From positions 6,076,001 to 6,140,000 of the forward strand of contig CM035350.1 in assembly GCA_020137815.1 (NCBI GenBank): a stretch of 64,000 nucleotides of DNA. The letters are read 5' to 3'. The first letter of the stretch is position 1, and each line of letters begins with the position of its first letter. Below are positions 49,915 to 61,600 of the stretch, piece after piece. The position numbers were made by a program, and so were the translations under genes. Source of the stretch: Hormiphora californensis. Taxonomy: Eukaryota; Animalia; Ctenophora. A model generated the notes under the pieces. It was not told the origin of the DNA. It made no database searches and saw only the letters and a list, made by a program, of their open reading frames with translations.

Positions 49915-52900
49915 TTACTCAACAGTGTTCATATTGGTCATCTCTATTTCTATTTCTTCTCCACTTTTAGTTCCCAAAAGACTCCGTAGATACTGGACTC
50001 CATCCTTCCAAGCGGCAACAAAAACATCATAATTAATTAGTATTGGATTGACAATGGAATTACACGGAAGGAACAGGATCGAGAAATATCGGTAGACGTG
50101 AGAGAAGTCAAAGTACTGAGTGTAGTGCATCACACAAAGTACCATAAAGGGAATCCAGTTGATGATGTCGGTGGAAACAATCACCGCAATCTTACGTTGT
50201 AACTTCCTATTTCTCTTTGTGAGAGCGTCGTTATTCTCTCCACCTGCAGCTCGGCTCGATTTTAGGGCTACGATGTTAACTACCAAATAGCACACTGCGA
50301 TAACAATAACACAGATAAGATTGCTAATCTGGACAGCTCCCACGAAATAAATGTGAGGGTTGTCCGCCCGAACGAAGAAGTTGAAGAGGCAAATGCCGCT
50401 GCTTCCGTAAAATCCAAGACTCTTGACCTGGGGAGCAGTGCTATTAAACATGTCCTCAACTAGGTACTTCATGGTGTCCCATCCGTATTCTCCTTCTCTA
50501 AACCGCCCATAGTACTCCTGCAAGATCTTGGTGCTTGTTTCTTTGTCAATAGAACCAACGAACAAGTTGTTGTCCTCGTATACAACTCTTTGCACAAAGA
50601 AGTCCTTGAGAAAGGCAAACGTGGGGATAACTGCGACTAACGTAGCTGTCAGGATTAGTGCCAGTATTTCCCCCAGTAGCTGAGAAAGGAACCTCCTATT
50701 CAAGCTTGTTCGCTGTGCAATTTTCGTACTTGCCACACCTTTGAGCTTGATTATACTTAGGATTGCCATCGAGTAGAGTGAAATCAGTGAGCCAATGGTC
50801 GACAAAACACCAAGCACTTCACAGTAGAGGTTGGTCAGCCACTCAAAATGAGAGTAGACATGTGCTCTTGTTGAAAAAGGTATCTCCGAAAGCCGCACAG
50901 AGGAGAAACAATCCTTGAAGAAAATCGCCAAGTGAGATTACCATCGTGAAGGCCTTGTTTTTTCGTCCGCCATTAGTTTCCAAGCTACTGAATTCAGTAA
51001 ATCCTTGAAAAAGAACCAATAAGTTGAGTCCAGTGGCAATCGAACCAAATGTCCACGCAGCCGTCTTAAGTACTGCATTGGGCAGAATCTTGACCTCTGT
51101 GGTACATTCTTCATTGCATTCATCGGAAAAGTCTTGGCAGTCAAAAACACCGTCACAACGCCGGGACCTGGCAACGAACTGGTTGTTCGTTTGGCATTGG
51201 AAATGGTTCTTGCATTGCATCTCATCACTCTGATCGCCACAATCGTCCACCAAATCGCATACCATGGAGTATGGTACACACCGAAGGTTGGAACAACTAA
51301 AAATATCATTCGAGTAGGTCCCATGATGTGATACAACACGTGTCAACTGGTGCCTTGTGTTGATTGTGAAGTAACGGCGAGGATGAGACGAGGCACATGA
51401 GCTCTCTAACAAGGGTTGCACGGGACAGGGTACCCCACACCTTCCAGTGCATGCTAGATACACGTACAACTGGCCAAAGATGCTTTTACATTCATCTAAA
51501 CCAAATACTGGCATTGTCAACTGCAAGGTAGAGGTGTAGAGTGCAGGTGCCCCGATATGAAATTGTATCGTCGAGCAAGGAGATATCTGTGCTTGAATCG
51601 ATTCTAGGCCCGTTAAACAGAACGCAATGGCAAGGTGATGTTGAGATAAAACGGTTACTTGTGAAGCAAGCTTGTTGTTCCTCCTAGACAGGAGACAGAT
51701 ACTTCTATCACAGTATGAGCTATCAGTACAGGTGCGGGTCAAGCTAAGGAGAGAGTGTGGGTTTCCTGGACACTTTAATAGTACAGTGCCAGTGCAGTTA
51801 TGAAACTTCAGAGAATGTACCACGGCCGTTCCTAGTCCACAGACCTCGAACCAGATGTTGGTGTCCTCATCAAATCCGTTTCTACAGTCAGCAACTCCAT
51901 CTAGTACCCACGCATCGGGAAGCACTAGCGGTTTCAGCATTACCCCGGTTACATATCTCCGAATGCACTTCTCTTCGTCTGCTGTAGGAACGCTGCAAAC
52001 CTCACCTCCCTCGTCTGCTTTACTTCCACAGTCGGCGATACCATCGCATTGCTGGTGCTTATGGATGGTACAGAGAGAGTTGAGAGAGACGCACTCCTGA
52101 TCAATTCCATCATCACATAATTTATCAATATTCATAATCCCGCACACTACCCTCACTGAAATTGTGGTTGGATAGCCGTCCACTGGGCACAGCAGCGGCG
52201 AGCTACTATAAGGGCTCCACTCAGATAAAACGGTGCAATTCATCTGATCCCTGTAATCGGTACATTTCCGTAAACTCTTGTCTTTGGCAATGAGCCCGCA
52301 CTTGCCCCTAGGTGTCAGAGGCTGCTTCAGTTGATCTAAATCGAAAAAGTTTATGGTTTCACAGCTCTCCGTTGCATTTGCACATAATACTTCATCCTGG
52401 CCGTCGTTACAATGTTTTCGTCCATCACAGATATTCCGCGGAAGGATATATACTACTCTTCGAAAGGGACCCGATCTACAAAAGATTCCCAAACTTCTCC
52501 CGTTACATTCGGCCTCATCTGAACAAGACGCACAGTCGCACTTGTCGTCACACACTTCGTTCATTGCCACATAGTCTTCTCTAACTCTATGTGATCGAGC
52601 ATCGATGAATGTTATTGTGCAGTTAAAAACATTCATATCTTTCAACAAACAGTTGGCCTCATCAGCTGCAAAGTTACCGACCTTGTTTTCACAGGCGGGA
52701 AATCCGTCACACAAACTGAGATATGGTGGTGTACCCCACATCATTTTATTTGCACCATAGCCATAGCTTACATATCGACAGGCATGGTACGTACATAGAG
52801 GCACACCCGGCAGCATTTCTTTGCCGTAAACTATCTTAGTCTGCTGTAGACATTCACTGAGTCCACACATTTGATAGGAGCTCCAATCACCAGGGCACGG

Positions 52901-53206
52901 TTTGCTTATTGTTGTTTGCTGTCGACACGATCCCCTCTGAGTTCTGTAATAGAGATCAGGGGTGAAAGGGCACTGGGTGTAGGGACTCCCATCTACCTGG
53001 CATTCCATGCGTAGGAAGTTTTCCTGGTCAGCAACAACCTGACATTCGATGTCTTGGTATCGGGTGAAGTCCCGGATAGGCTTGTTGACAGTATGCTCTC
53101 GTAATATCATATGATTTGATATGGTGGGCGGGTTGGCCCTCGAATAGAATTCATTGCCTGTCACAAGTTGAAACAATATTGCTAGAATGTATCTAGTAAG
53201 ACGCAT
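49915..53206 (-). CDS. Intronless LDLa-repeat rhodopsin-class GPCR (GRL101/RXFP-like 7TM), ~1100 aa, one apparent +1 frameshift near 50855
   Basis: Signal peptide MRLTRYILAILFQLVTG; multiple LDLa motifs (CDGRKHCNDGQDE, CDGIADCGSKADE, CDLVDDCGDQSDE, CDGVFDCQDFSDE). TM1-2 lie in the first ORF, TM3-7 (GSSGICL, IVSTDIINWIP, LPCNSIVNPIL) in the second. Confidence 0.9.
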
Positions 53207-53797
53207 TATATAAAGCACAAATATCGGAATTATTGTATTTTGTGCTTTTCTAAAATCTTATATATAATATACCGTGCAGTGGGAGCGTGCAAGAGTCAAA
53301 ATTTCGGAGGGCTGTGATTGGTCAAAATAAAATAACGCAAAATTTTGATGTCCAATCACAAATCAGCGTAATAACCTTTTTTAAGGCGCCATGCAGCTTA
53401 GCTCTTGTAGACTCAAAATACAAGACAAAAGAAGAGAAACAATTATATCAAAACAAAATATGTGATACGTACTAAAATTCAAACTGCAATGAAAATTTCA
53501 ATGCTTCATTGTTAAAATTTACGAAATAAAAGATGTTGTAGACTGTAGTACACTGTCTCATTTCTATTCTAGTCTAATACAAAACTCATCAAGATTATGG
53601 CCAGTACGATATGTTTTAACTCCCGTTCCCACCCCTTCACGACTCATTTAACTTGCCCAGCCAGATTGCCACTGTCGTGGTTCTTGGTCAACCCTACAGC
53701 TCCACCCTCTCTATTATAAAACTGATTATATTGCATTGAATGCTGATCAACTGATAACACGATAGGCTCCAACACTCTCTCTCTCTCTCTCTCGCAG

Positions 53798-54283
53798 GGC
53801 GTCACGAGGGCACCAGATAGTAGTTCTAACGAACAGTAACACTATCACGAAGTTTGTGGGCCTCGAGGAAAAGAATAAAGATGACATAAAGCGGTTCTTG
53901 GAGGACAACTACAAGTGCAGTTTCGTAGAGAAGGAACCCTTTATTAAGGGATGGAACTGGGGCCAGGTCGCATTTAATGGTAGGTAACATGGACATTGGA
54001 CTAAATGCATATATATGATAATAAGTTAAGGTTTGAGAATACACAAACTTTGCCCCCACCCCCCTCCGCTTCCCCTGATTGATCAATCCACATTACAGGT
54101 CCTCTTATGACGTTCCACAATGACGATAAGCCCATGTTTGAGGTTCCCTTGTCTGACGTTTCTGCTTCAACGGTTAACAAGAATGAGGTAGGGTATCTCT
54201 TTCGTGGTAGCCTCCACTCCCTCTATCCCTCCCTCTATCCCTCCCTCTTCTTCTACCTACGGTTATATACGAATCAGGTGTCC
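53798..54283 (+). CDS. SSRP1: FACT subunit SSRP1/POB3 N-terminal fragment (truncated)
   Basis: Exons 53798-53979 (ASRGHQ..EKEPFIKGWNWG) and 54099-54187 (KPMFEVPLSDVS..NKNE). The next exon start AG|GTGTCC at 54278 is cut off. Confidence 0.85.
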
Positions 54284-54286
54284 CCC

Positions 54287-55171
54287 CCATCCCATAGCCG
54301 CACACATGTGTCCCGAGATCCCGTCACAATTCTGCCACATTTACTGCCCACAACTGCAGTTACGGCTTTACCAGTATCGTGTCGGAGGTATCTCACTACT
54401 TTCCCTGAGCTGTAGTCAAACAGAGTGGCGTTACCGTCCCCTCCACCTGTTATAATGGTATCTGGGGAGGCTCCCTCCGCCAGACAGTTAACAGTCCCCT
54501 GGTGGACCCGACTGAATCGGTGGACAGTGGTTCGGCGTTGGTGTCGCCCTCCCGGGGGGTCCTTCTCCTCTCGGCTCGCTCGGCCCCCCATACAACTGGT
54601 AAATAGTTTCATACTGCAGTCATACTGCAGTCGCTACAAACAAAAGAGAGAAGGAAATACGAGATCTGAGCAGTGCTGCTGGAATGGGGTGGTAGAAAGA
54701 GAGGGAGAGATAGAGGGAGGGGAGATTTGGGAAAGTCTGACTTAATCAGGTGAAACAAAATTAAAACAATCTGATTTGGGCATCAAGCCAACAACATTTA
54801 TAACAAAATTAGTTTGGCGGCATTCACAACAAGAGAAGGATCGGGTGCAAAAAGGGGAGTTAGCTGTACAGCAAAATAGTGTCCATTGGTAACAACAGGA
54901 ATGATGGAAGGCGAACAAATCACTATTTCTTCTTGGGCGAGAGATTCTTATACACCCACTCCATGCCATCCTGCGGGGAGATAGCGAGATGATAGAGAGA
55001 GAGAGAGGGAGAGAGAGAGAGAGAGTGAGAGAGAGAGAGAGTGAGAGAGAGAGTGAGAGAGAGAGAGGAGAGAGGTCAAGAACTACTACACACTAAGGGT
55101 GTGGAAGAGGCGTGTGGGAAGAGGGTTTACTTCTCGAGGGGGGGGGGGAGTTTTCAACCCAGAAGTAGATT

Positions 55172-55221
<50 letters not shown>

Positions 55222-55265
55222 GAGTGAGAGAGAGAGAGTGAGGGAGTGAGATGAGGAGTGAGAGA

Positions 55266-55322
<57 letters not shown>

Positions 55323-55975
55323 AGAGGAGAGGAATCACGTGACCGAGCTGTCAGAGAGTTTAAACATCGCACTTCGCAACGCGTAGCAAGGTAACAACCC
55401 CATCTGACCATCCGGCTCCCGCTCCTCCAGAATGCCCCCCCCCCCCCCATGATAATGATATATGTCCCTAGATAGCCAACTCCACCTTTATTCCCTCCTT
55501 GGTATGGCTGAACCGCCTGAAATCTGCAGGGACTTCCCGAATGTTACTCGATAACTGGAGTCGTTAGCAATCTGAAATTGAATTTATAATGATTAGTGGG
55601 AACTTGGACCCCCCTGGAAGGGGAAAACCTCATCTGAAAAGAGGGAGGAGGAGAGAGAGAGAGAGAGAGAGAGAGGGTGTGGCACAATTTGCACACGATG
55701 TTTTGATGACTTACTAGTTTATCAGGTAAAGTAGTTAAAGTGTCAAGAGAGAGGGAGAACGCAGGTCAGCAGGGATTTACACGAAAAATCATATATACAT
55801 AAACTCCTTGATGAATAGGGCACGCAAGGGAAAAAAGTGAAAAAGTGTTTCAAATAGCAGTCGCTACCCTAACTTAGTGAAAACCGTATGGCTGCGTGTT
55901 TTACCATATTTTTGAAAATATTTTATACATATATTTTATAAATATCGTGGTACATGTCTCGACGGTGGTATGGAT
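54287..55975 (-). pseudogene. Partial duplicate of 40806-42495 (WDR31 5' third plus ARL3 last two exons)
   Basis: Collinear near-identity with SNPs, an 11-bp duplication at the WDR31 start, and rising indel noise toward 55975. Confidence 0.88.
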
Positions 55976-58602
55976 AGGGCCCCAAAAAAAAAAAACCCCC
56001 GGGGGTTTAAAAAAAAAATTTTAAAAAAAAAAAGGGGGTTTTGGGCAAAAAAAAAAAGGAAAAAAAAAGGGGGCCCCCCCGGGGGTTTTAAAAAAATCCT
56101 TTTCTTTTTTTTTAAAAAAAAAAAAAAAAAAATTTTAAAAAAAGGGGGGTTTTTTTCCCCCCCTTTAAAACCAGGGGGGTTTTTTTTAAAAAAAAAAAAA
56201 AAAAGGGGGGGGGGGGGAAAAAAAAAAGGGGGGAAAAAAAGGGGAAAAAAAAAAAAAAAAATTTGGGCCCGGGGGGGAAAACCCCCGGGGGGGGAAAAAG
56301 GGGGGGGGAAAAAAGGGGGGGGAGTTGGGGGGGGAAAGGGGGGGGGAGAAAGGGGGGGGGAAAAAGGGCCCAAAAAAAAAGGGGGGGGGGAAATAAAAAA
56401 AAAAAAAAAGGGGGAAAGGGGGGTTTTTTGGGGTTTTTTGGGGGTTTTGGGGGGGGGGGGGAAAAAGGGGGGGGGGTTTTTTTTGGGGGGGCCCCCCCCT
56501 TTTTTTTCCCCCCCTTTTTGTTAAAAAATTTAGGGGGGGGGTTTTTTTTGGGGGGCCCTTTCTTTTTTTTTCCCGGGGGAAACCCAAAAAATTTCCTAAA
56601 TTTTTTTTTTTTCCTCTCTTTTTTTTTTTTTTTTTCCCCCCCCCTCTCTCCCCCCCTTTCCCCCCTTTCCCCCCCTTTTTTTTTTCCCCCCCCTTTTTTT
56701 TCTTTTTTCCCCCCCCCCCCTTTTTTCCCCCCCCCCCCTTTTTCCCTCTTTTTTTTTTTCCCCCAAAAAAAAATTTTTTTAAAAAAACCCTTAAAAAATT
56801 TTTTTTCCCTTCCCCCAATTTTTTCCCCCCCAAAATTTCCCCCTTTTTTGGGGGGAAAAAAGGGGTTTTTTTGGGGTTTTTTAAAAAGGGTTTCCCCCCC
56901 CCCCAAAAAACCAAAAACCCCTTTTTTTTTCCCGGAAAAAAATTTTTTTCCCTTTTTAAAAAAAAAGGGGGGGGGGTTTTTTGGAAAATTTTTCCCCTTT
57001 TTTTTTTTTGGGGCCCTTTGGGGGGAAAAACCCCCCCAAAAAAATTTGGGGGGAAAAAAAAAATTTTTTATAATTTTTTTTCCCCTTTGGGGCCCCCCCC
57101 TTTCCCCCCCCAAAAAGGCCCGGGGCCCCTTTTTTGGGGGTTTTTTAAAAAATTCCCCCGTTTTTCCCCCCCCTTTGTTTTGGGGGTTTTGGGGGGGCCC
57201 CCCGGGGGGGCCAAAAAAAACCCCCCTTTTTGGGGGGGGGGGAACCCCCAACCCCCCCGGGGGGGGGGGGGTTTTTAAGGGGCCTAAAAAAATTTTTTTG
57301 GGGCCCAAAAGGGAACCAAAAAAATTTTTTTTTAAAAAGGAACTTTTTTTTTTTAAAAAAAATTTTTTTTTCCAAAATTTTTTTGGCCCCCCTTTTTTGG
57401 GGGGGGGTTTTTTTTTAAAAATTTTAAACCCCCCCAAAAAAGGGGGTTTTCGGGGGGGGGAAAACCCCCCCTTTTTAAATTTAAAAAAACCTTTTAAAAA
57501 AAAAAAAAAAGGGGTTAAAAATTTTTTTCCAAAAAAAAAAAAGGGCCGGGGGGGAAAAAAAAATTTTTCCCCTTTTTCCCCAAAAAAAAATTTAAAATTT
57601 TAAAAAAAACCCCCGAAAAAAACCCCGAAAAAAATTTTTGGGAAAAAAGGTTTTTGGGGGAAAAAAAAAAAACCCCCCAAAAAAAAAAATTAAAAAGGGA
57701 AACCCCCCGGGGGGGGTTTTTTTTGCCAAAAAAAAACCCAAAAAAGGGGGTTAAAAAAAGGGTTTTGGGGCCTTTCCTTTTTTTTTTTTAATTAATTTAA
57801 GGGGGGGTTTGGGGGGGGGGCCCCCCCCCTTTAAAAAACCCCCCAAATGCAAAACCCGGGGAAAAAAACCCAAAATTTTTTTCCCAAAAAAAAAAAAGGG
57901 GGGGGGAAAACGGGGGGAAAAAAACCCCCCCCGGGGGGGGAAAAAAAAATTTTTGGCCGGGGTTGGTTTAAAAACCAAAGGGGGTTTTTTTTTAAAAAAA
58001 AAAAAATTTTGGGGGAAAAGGGAAAGGTTAAAGAAAAAAAAAAGAAAAAAGGGAAAACTTTTTTGGGGGGGGAAAAAAACCCCAAAAGGGTTTTCCAGGG
58101 GGGGGGGGGGGCCCCCCCCCCAAAAAGGGGAAAAAAAAGGGAAAAAAAATTTTTTTTAAAATTTTGGGGGGAAAAAAAAAAAAAAAAAAAAAAATTTTTT
58201 TAAAAAATTTTTTTTTGGGAAAAAAAAAAAAGGGGGGGGGAAAAAATTTTAAACCCCTTTTTGGGTTTTTTTTGGGGGGTTTTTCCCAAAAAATTTCCCC
58301 CCTTTGGGGGGTTTTCCCAAAAAAAAAATTTTTTTTTGGGGAAAAAAAAAACCCCGGGGGGGGGGGAAAAAAAACCCCCCAAAAGGGATCCCGAAAAAAA
58401 AAAAAAATTTTTTAAAACCCCCCAAAAAAAACCCCCGGGGAAAAAAAAAAAAAAAAAGGGGAAAAAAAAAAAAAGGGGGGCCGGGGGGGGGAAAAGGGAA
58501 ATAAACCCTTTCCCCCAGGGGAAAACCCCGGGGGGGGGGTTTTAAAAAAATTTTTTTGGTTTTTTTTTTTTTTTTTTCCCCCCCCCTTAAAACCCCCCTT
58601 TT

Positions 58603-58643
<41 letters not shown>

Positions 58644-61600
58644 GGGGGCCCCCAAAAAAATTTTTTTTAAAAAAATTGGGGCCCCTTTTAAAAAAAAAAA
58701 AAAGGGGGGGGGGGGGTTTTTAAATTTTTGGGGGGGGTTTTTTTTTTGGGCCCCCCTTTTTTTCCGGGGGGTTTTTTTAAAACCCCCCCCCTTTTTTTTT
58801 AAAATTTTTTAAAAACCCTTTTTTTTTTTGGGGGCCCCAAATTTCCCCCAAATTTTTTTCCCCCCGGGGGGGCCCCTTTTTTTAAAATTTAAAAAAACCC
58901 CCTTTTTTTTTTGGGTTTTTTGGGGAACCTTTTTAAAAGGGTTTTTTTGGGTTTTTTTTTTTAAAAAAAAAAATTTTTTTTCCCCCCTTTTTTGGGGGGG
59001 GGGGGTTTTTGGGGGGGGAACCCCGGGGGGGGGGGGGGGGGGTTTTGGGGGGGGGGGGGGGGGGGGGGGGGGTTTTTGGGGGGGGGGGGGGGGGGGGAAA
59101 AAAAATTTTTAAAAAAAAAATTTTTTTTTTGGGGGAAAACCCCCCTTTTTTAAAAACCCGGGGGGGGAAAAAAAAAAAATTTTTGGGGGTTTTTTTGGGG
59201 GCCCCCAAAGGGCCCCCAAAATTTTTTTTTTTTTTTTTTTTCCCCCCCCTTTTCCCGTTTTTTTTTTTCCCCCTTTTTTTTTTGGGTTTTTTTCCCCCCC
59301 CGGGAAAATTTAATTAGAAAAATTTTTTTTGGCGAAAAAAATTAATTTTTTTTTGGGGGCCAAAAAAAAAGGGGCCCCCCCAAAAAGGGGCCCCCCCCTT
59401 TTAAATTTTTTGGGGGAAAAACCCCCCCCGGGGGGAAAAAAAAATTTTTTTTGGGGGGGGAAAAAAGGGAAGGGGGGAAAAAAAAAAGGGGAAGTTTTTT
59501 TCCCCCGGTTTTTAAAAAACCCCGGGGGAAACCCCCCCAAAACAAAAGGGGAAAAATTTTTTTTTTCCCCAAATTTTTTTAAAAAAAAACCAAAATTTTT
59601 GGGGGGAACCCCTTTTTGGAAAAAAAAAGGGGGGGGGGCCCCCCCCCCAAAAAAACCCCCAAAAAAACCTTTTTTTTAAAAAACCCCAAAAAAAAAAAAG
59701 GACCCCGGGGAAAAAAGGGGGTTTTTTTTTTTTTTTTAAAAAAAAAAAATTTTTTTAAAAAAGGGGGGGCCCCCCCAAAAAAAGGGGTTTTAAAAAAAAA
59801 ACCCGGGGGGGGAAAAAGGGGGGGGGGAAAAAAGGGGGGGGGGGGAAAAAAAAAAATTTTAAAAAAAAAAAAATTTTTTAAATTTTAAAAGGGGAAAATT
59901 TGGGGGGGGGGGCCCCAAAAAAAATTTTTTTTTTTGCCCCCCCCTTTTGGGGGGGAAAGGGTTTTTTTTTTGGGGGGAAAAAGGGGGGGGGTTTAAAAAA
60001 TTTTTTAGGCGGTTTTTGGGGGAATTTTTTTTAAAAATTTTTTTTTAAAATTTTAAACCCCCAATTTTGGGGGTTTTTTTTTTTTTGGGGGAAAAAAAAT
60101 TTTTAAAAAAAAAAAAAATTTTTTTGGGGGGGGAAAAAAAAAAAAATTTTAATTTTTAAAAAAACCCCTTAAAAAACCAAAATTTTGGAAATTTTAAAAA
60201 AAAAAAACCCCAAAAAAAAAAAAAAAAAAAATTTTAAAAAACCCCTTTTTTAAACTTTTTTAAAAAAAAATTTTTTTAAATTTAAAAAATTTAAAAAAAA
60301 AACCCTTTTGAAAAAAAAACCCTAATTGGTTTTCCCCGGGGCCCCAAAAATTTTTTTTTTAATTAAGGGGAAAAAAAAAATTTTAAAATTTTAATTTTTA
60401 AAAAAAAAAGGGGGTTTTTTTTCCCCAAAAAAAAAAAATTTTTAAGGGTTTTTTAAAAAAGGGAAAAAAAATTTTTTTAAAAAAAAATTTTTTTAAAAAA
60501 AACCCCGGGGAAATTTTCCCAAAAAATTTTTAAAAAAAAACCCCCAAAAAAAATTAAAACTTTAAAACCCCCCAAAAAAAGGGGGTTTTTAAAAAAAAAA
60601 AAAAAAATTTTTTTTTTTAAAAAAAAAAAAAAAAGGGGGGGATTTAAATTTTTTTTCCCAAAAATTTGGGTTCCCGGGGGCCCCCGGGTTTCCCCCCTTT
60701 CCCCCCCAAAAAAAAAAAATTTTTTTGGTTTTTTAAAAACCCCAAAAAATTTGGGGGGGGGAAAAAATTTTTTAAAAAAAAAAACCAAAAAAAAAAGGGG
60801 TTTACCTTTTCCCCCCAAAAAAAGGAATTTTAAAATTTTTTGGGGTTTTTTTTTTTCCCCCCCCCCGGGGGGGTTTTTGGGGGGTTTTAAAAAAAAAAAA
60901 AAACCCCCTTTTTTTGGGGGGCCCCCCAAAAAAAAAGGGGGGGGGCCCCCCCCCAAAAAAAAAAAGGGGGCCCCCCCCCCGGGGAAAAAACCCAAACCAA
61001 AAAACCCCCCCAAAAAAATTTTTTTTCCCCCCCCCCCCTTTTTTTAAAAACCCCCAAAAAACCCAAAAATTTTTTTTTTTTAAAAAAGCCCCAACAAGGC
61101 CCTTCCCCAAAAAAAACCCTTAAAAAAAAAGGGGGTTTAAAGGGCCCTTCCTTTCCCAAAAAACCCCCCCCCCCCCCCAAAAAAATTTTTTTTTTTGGGG
61201 GGGAAAATTTTTTTAAAACCCAAAAAGGGGGGAAAAAAAACCCTAAAATTTTTCCCCAAAAAAAAACCCAAAAAATTTTTTGGGGAATTAAAAAGGGGGG
61301 TTTTTTTTAAAAAAAAACCCCCCCAAAAAAAGGAAAAAAAACCCCAAAAAAACCCCCCCAAAAGGGTTTTGGGGGGGGGTTTTTTCCCCCCCTTTTCTTT
61401 TAAAAAACCCCAAAAAAAAATTTTTTTTTAAAAAAAAAAAACCCCCCCGGGGGGGTTAAAAAAAAAAAGGGGGGGGGGAAAAAAGGGTTTTTAAAAATTT
61501 TTTAAAAAAATTTTGGAAAAAAAAAAACCCCCAACCCCCGGGGGGGAAAAAAAAGGGGGTTGAAAATTTTTTTTTTCCCCCTTAAAGGAAAAAAAAAAAC

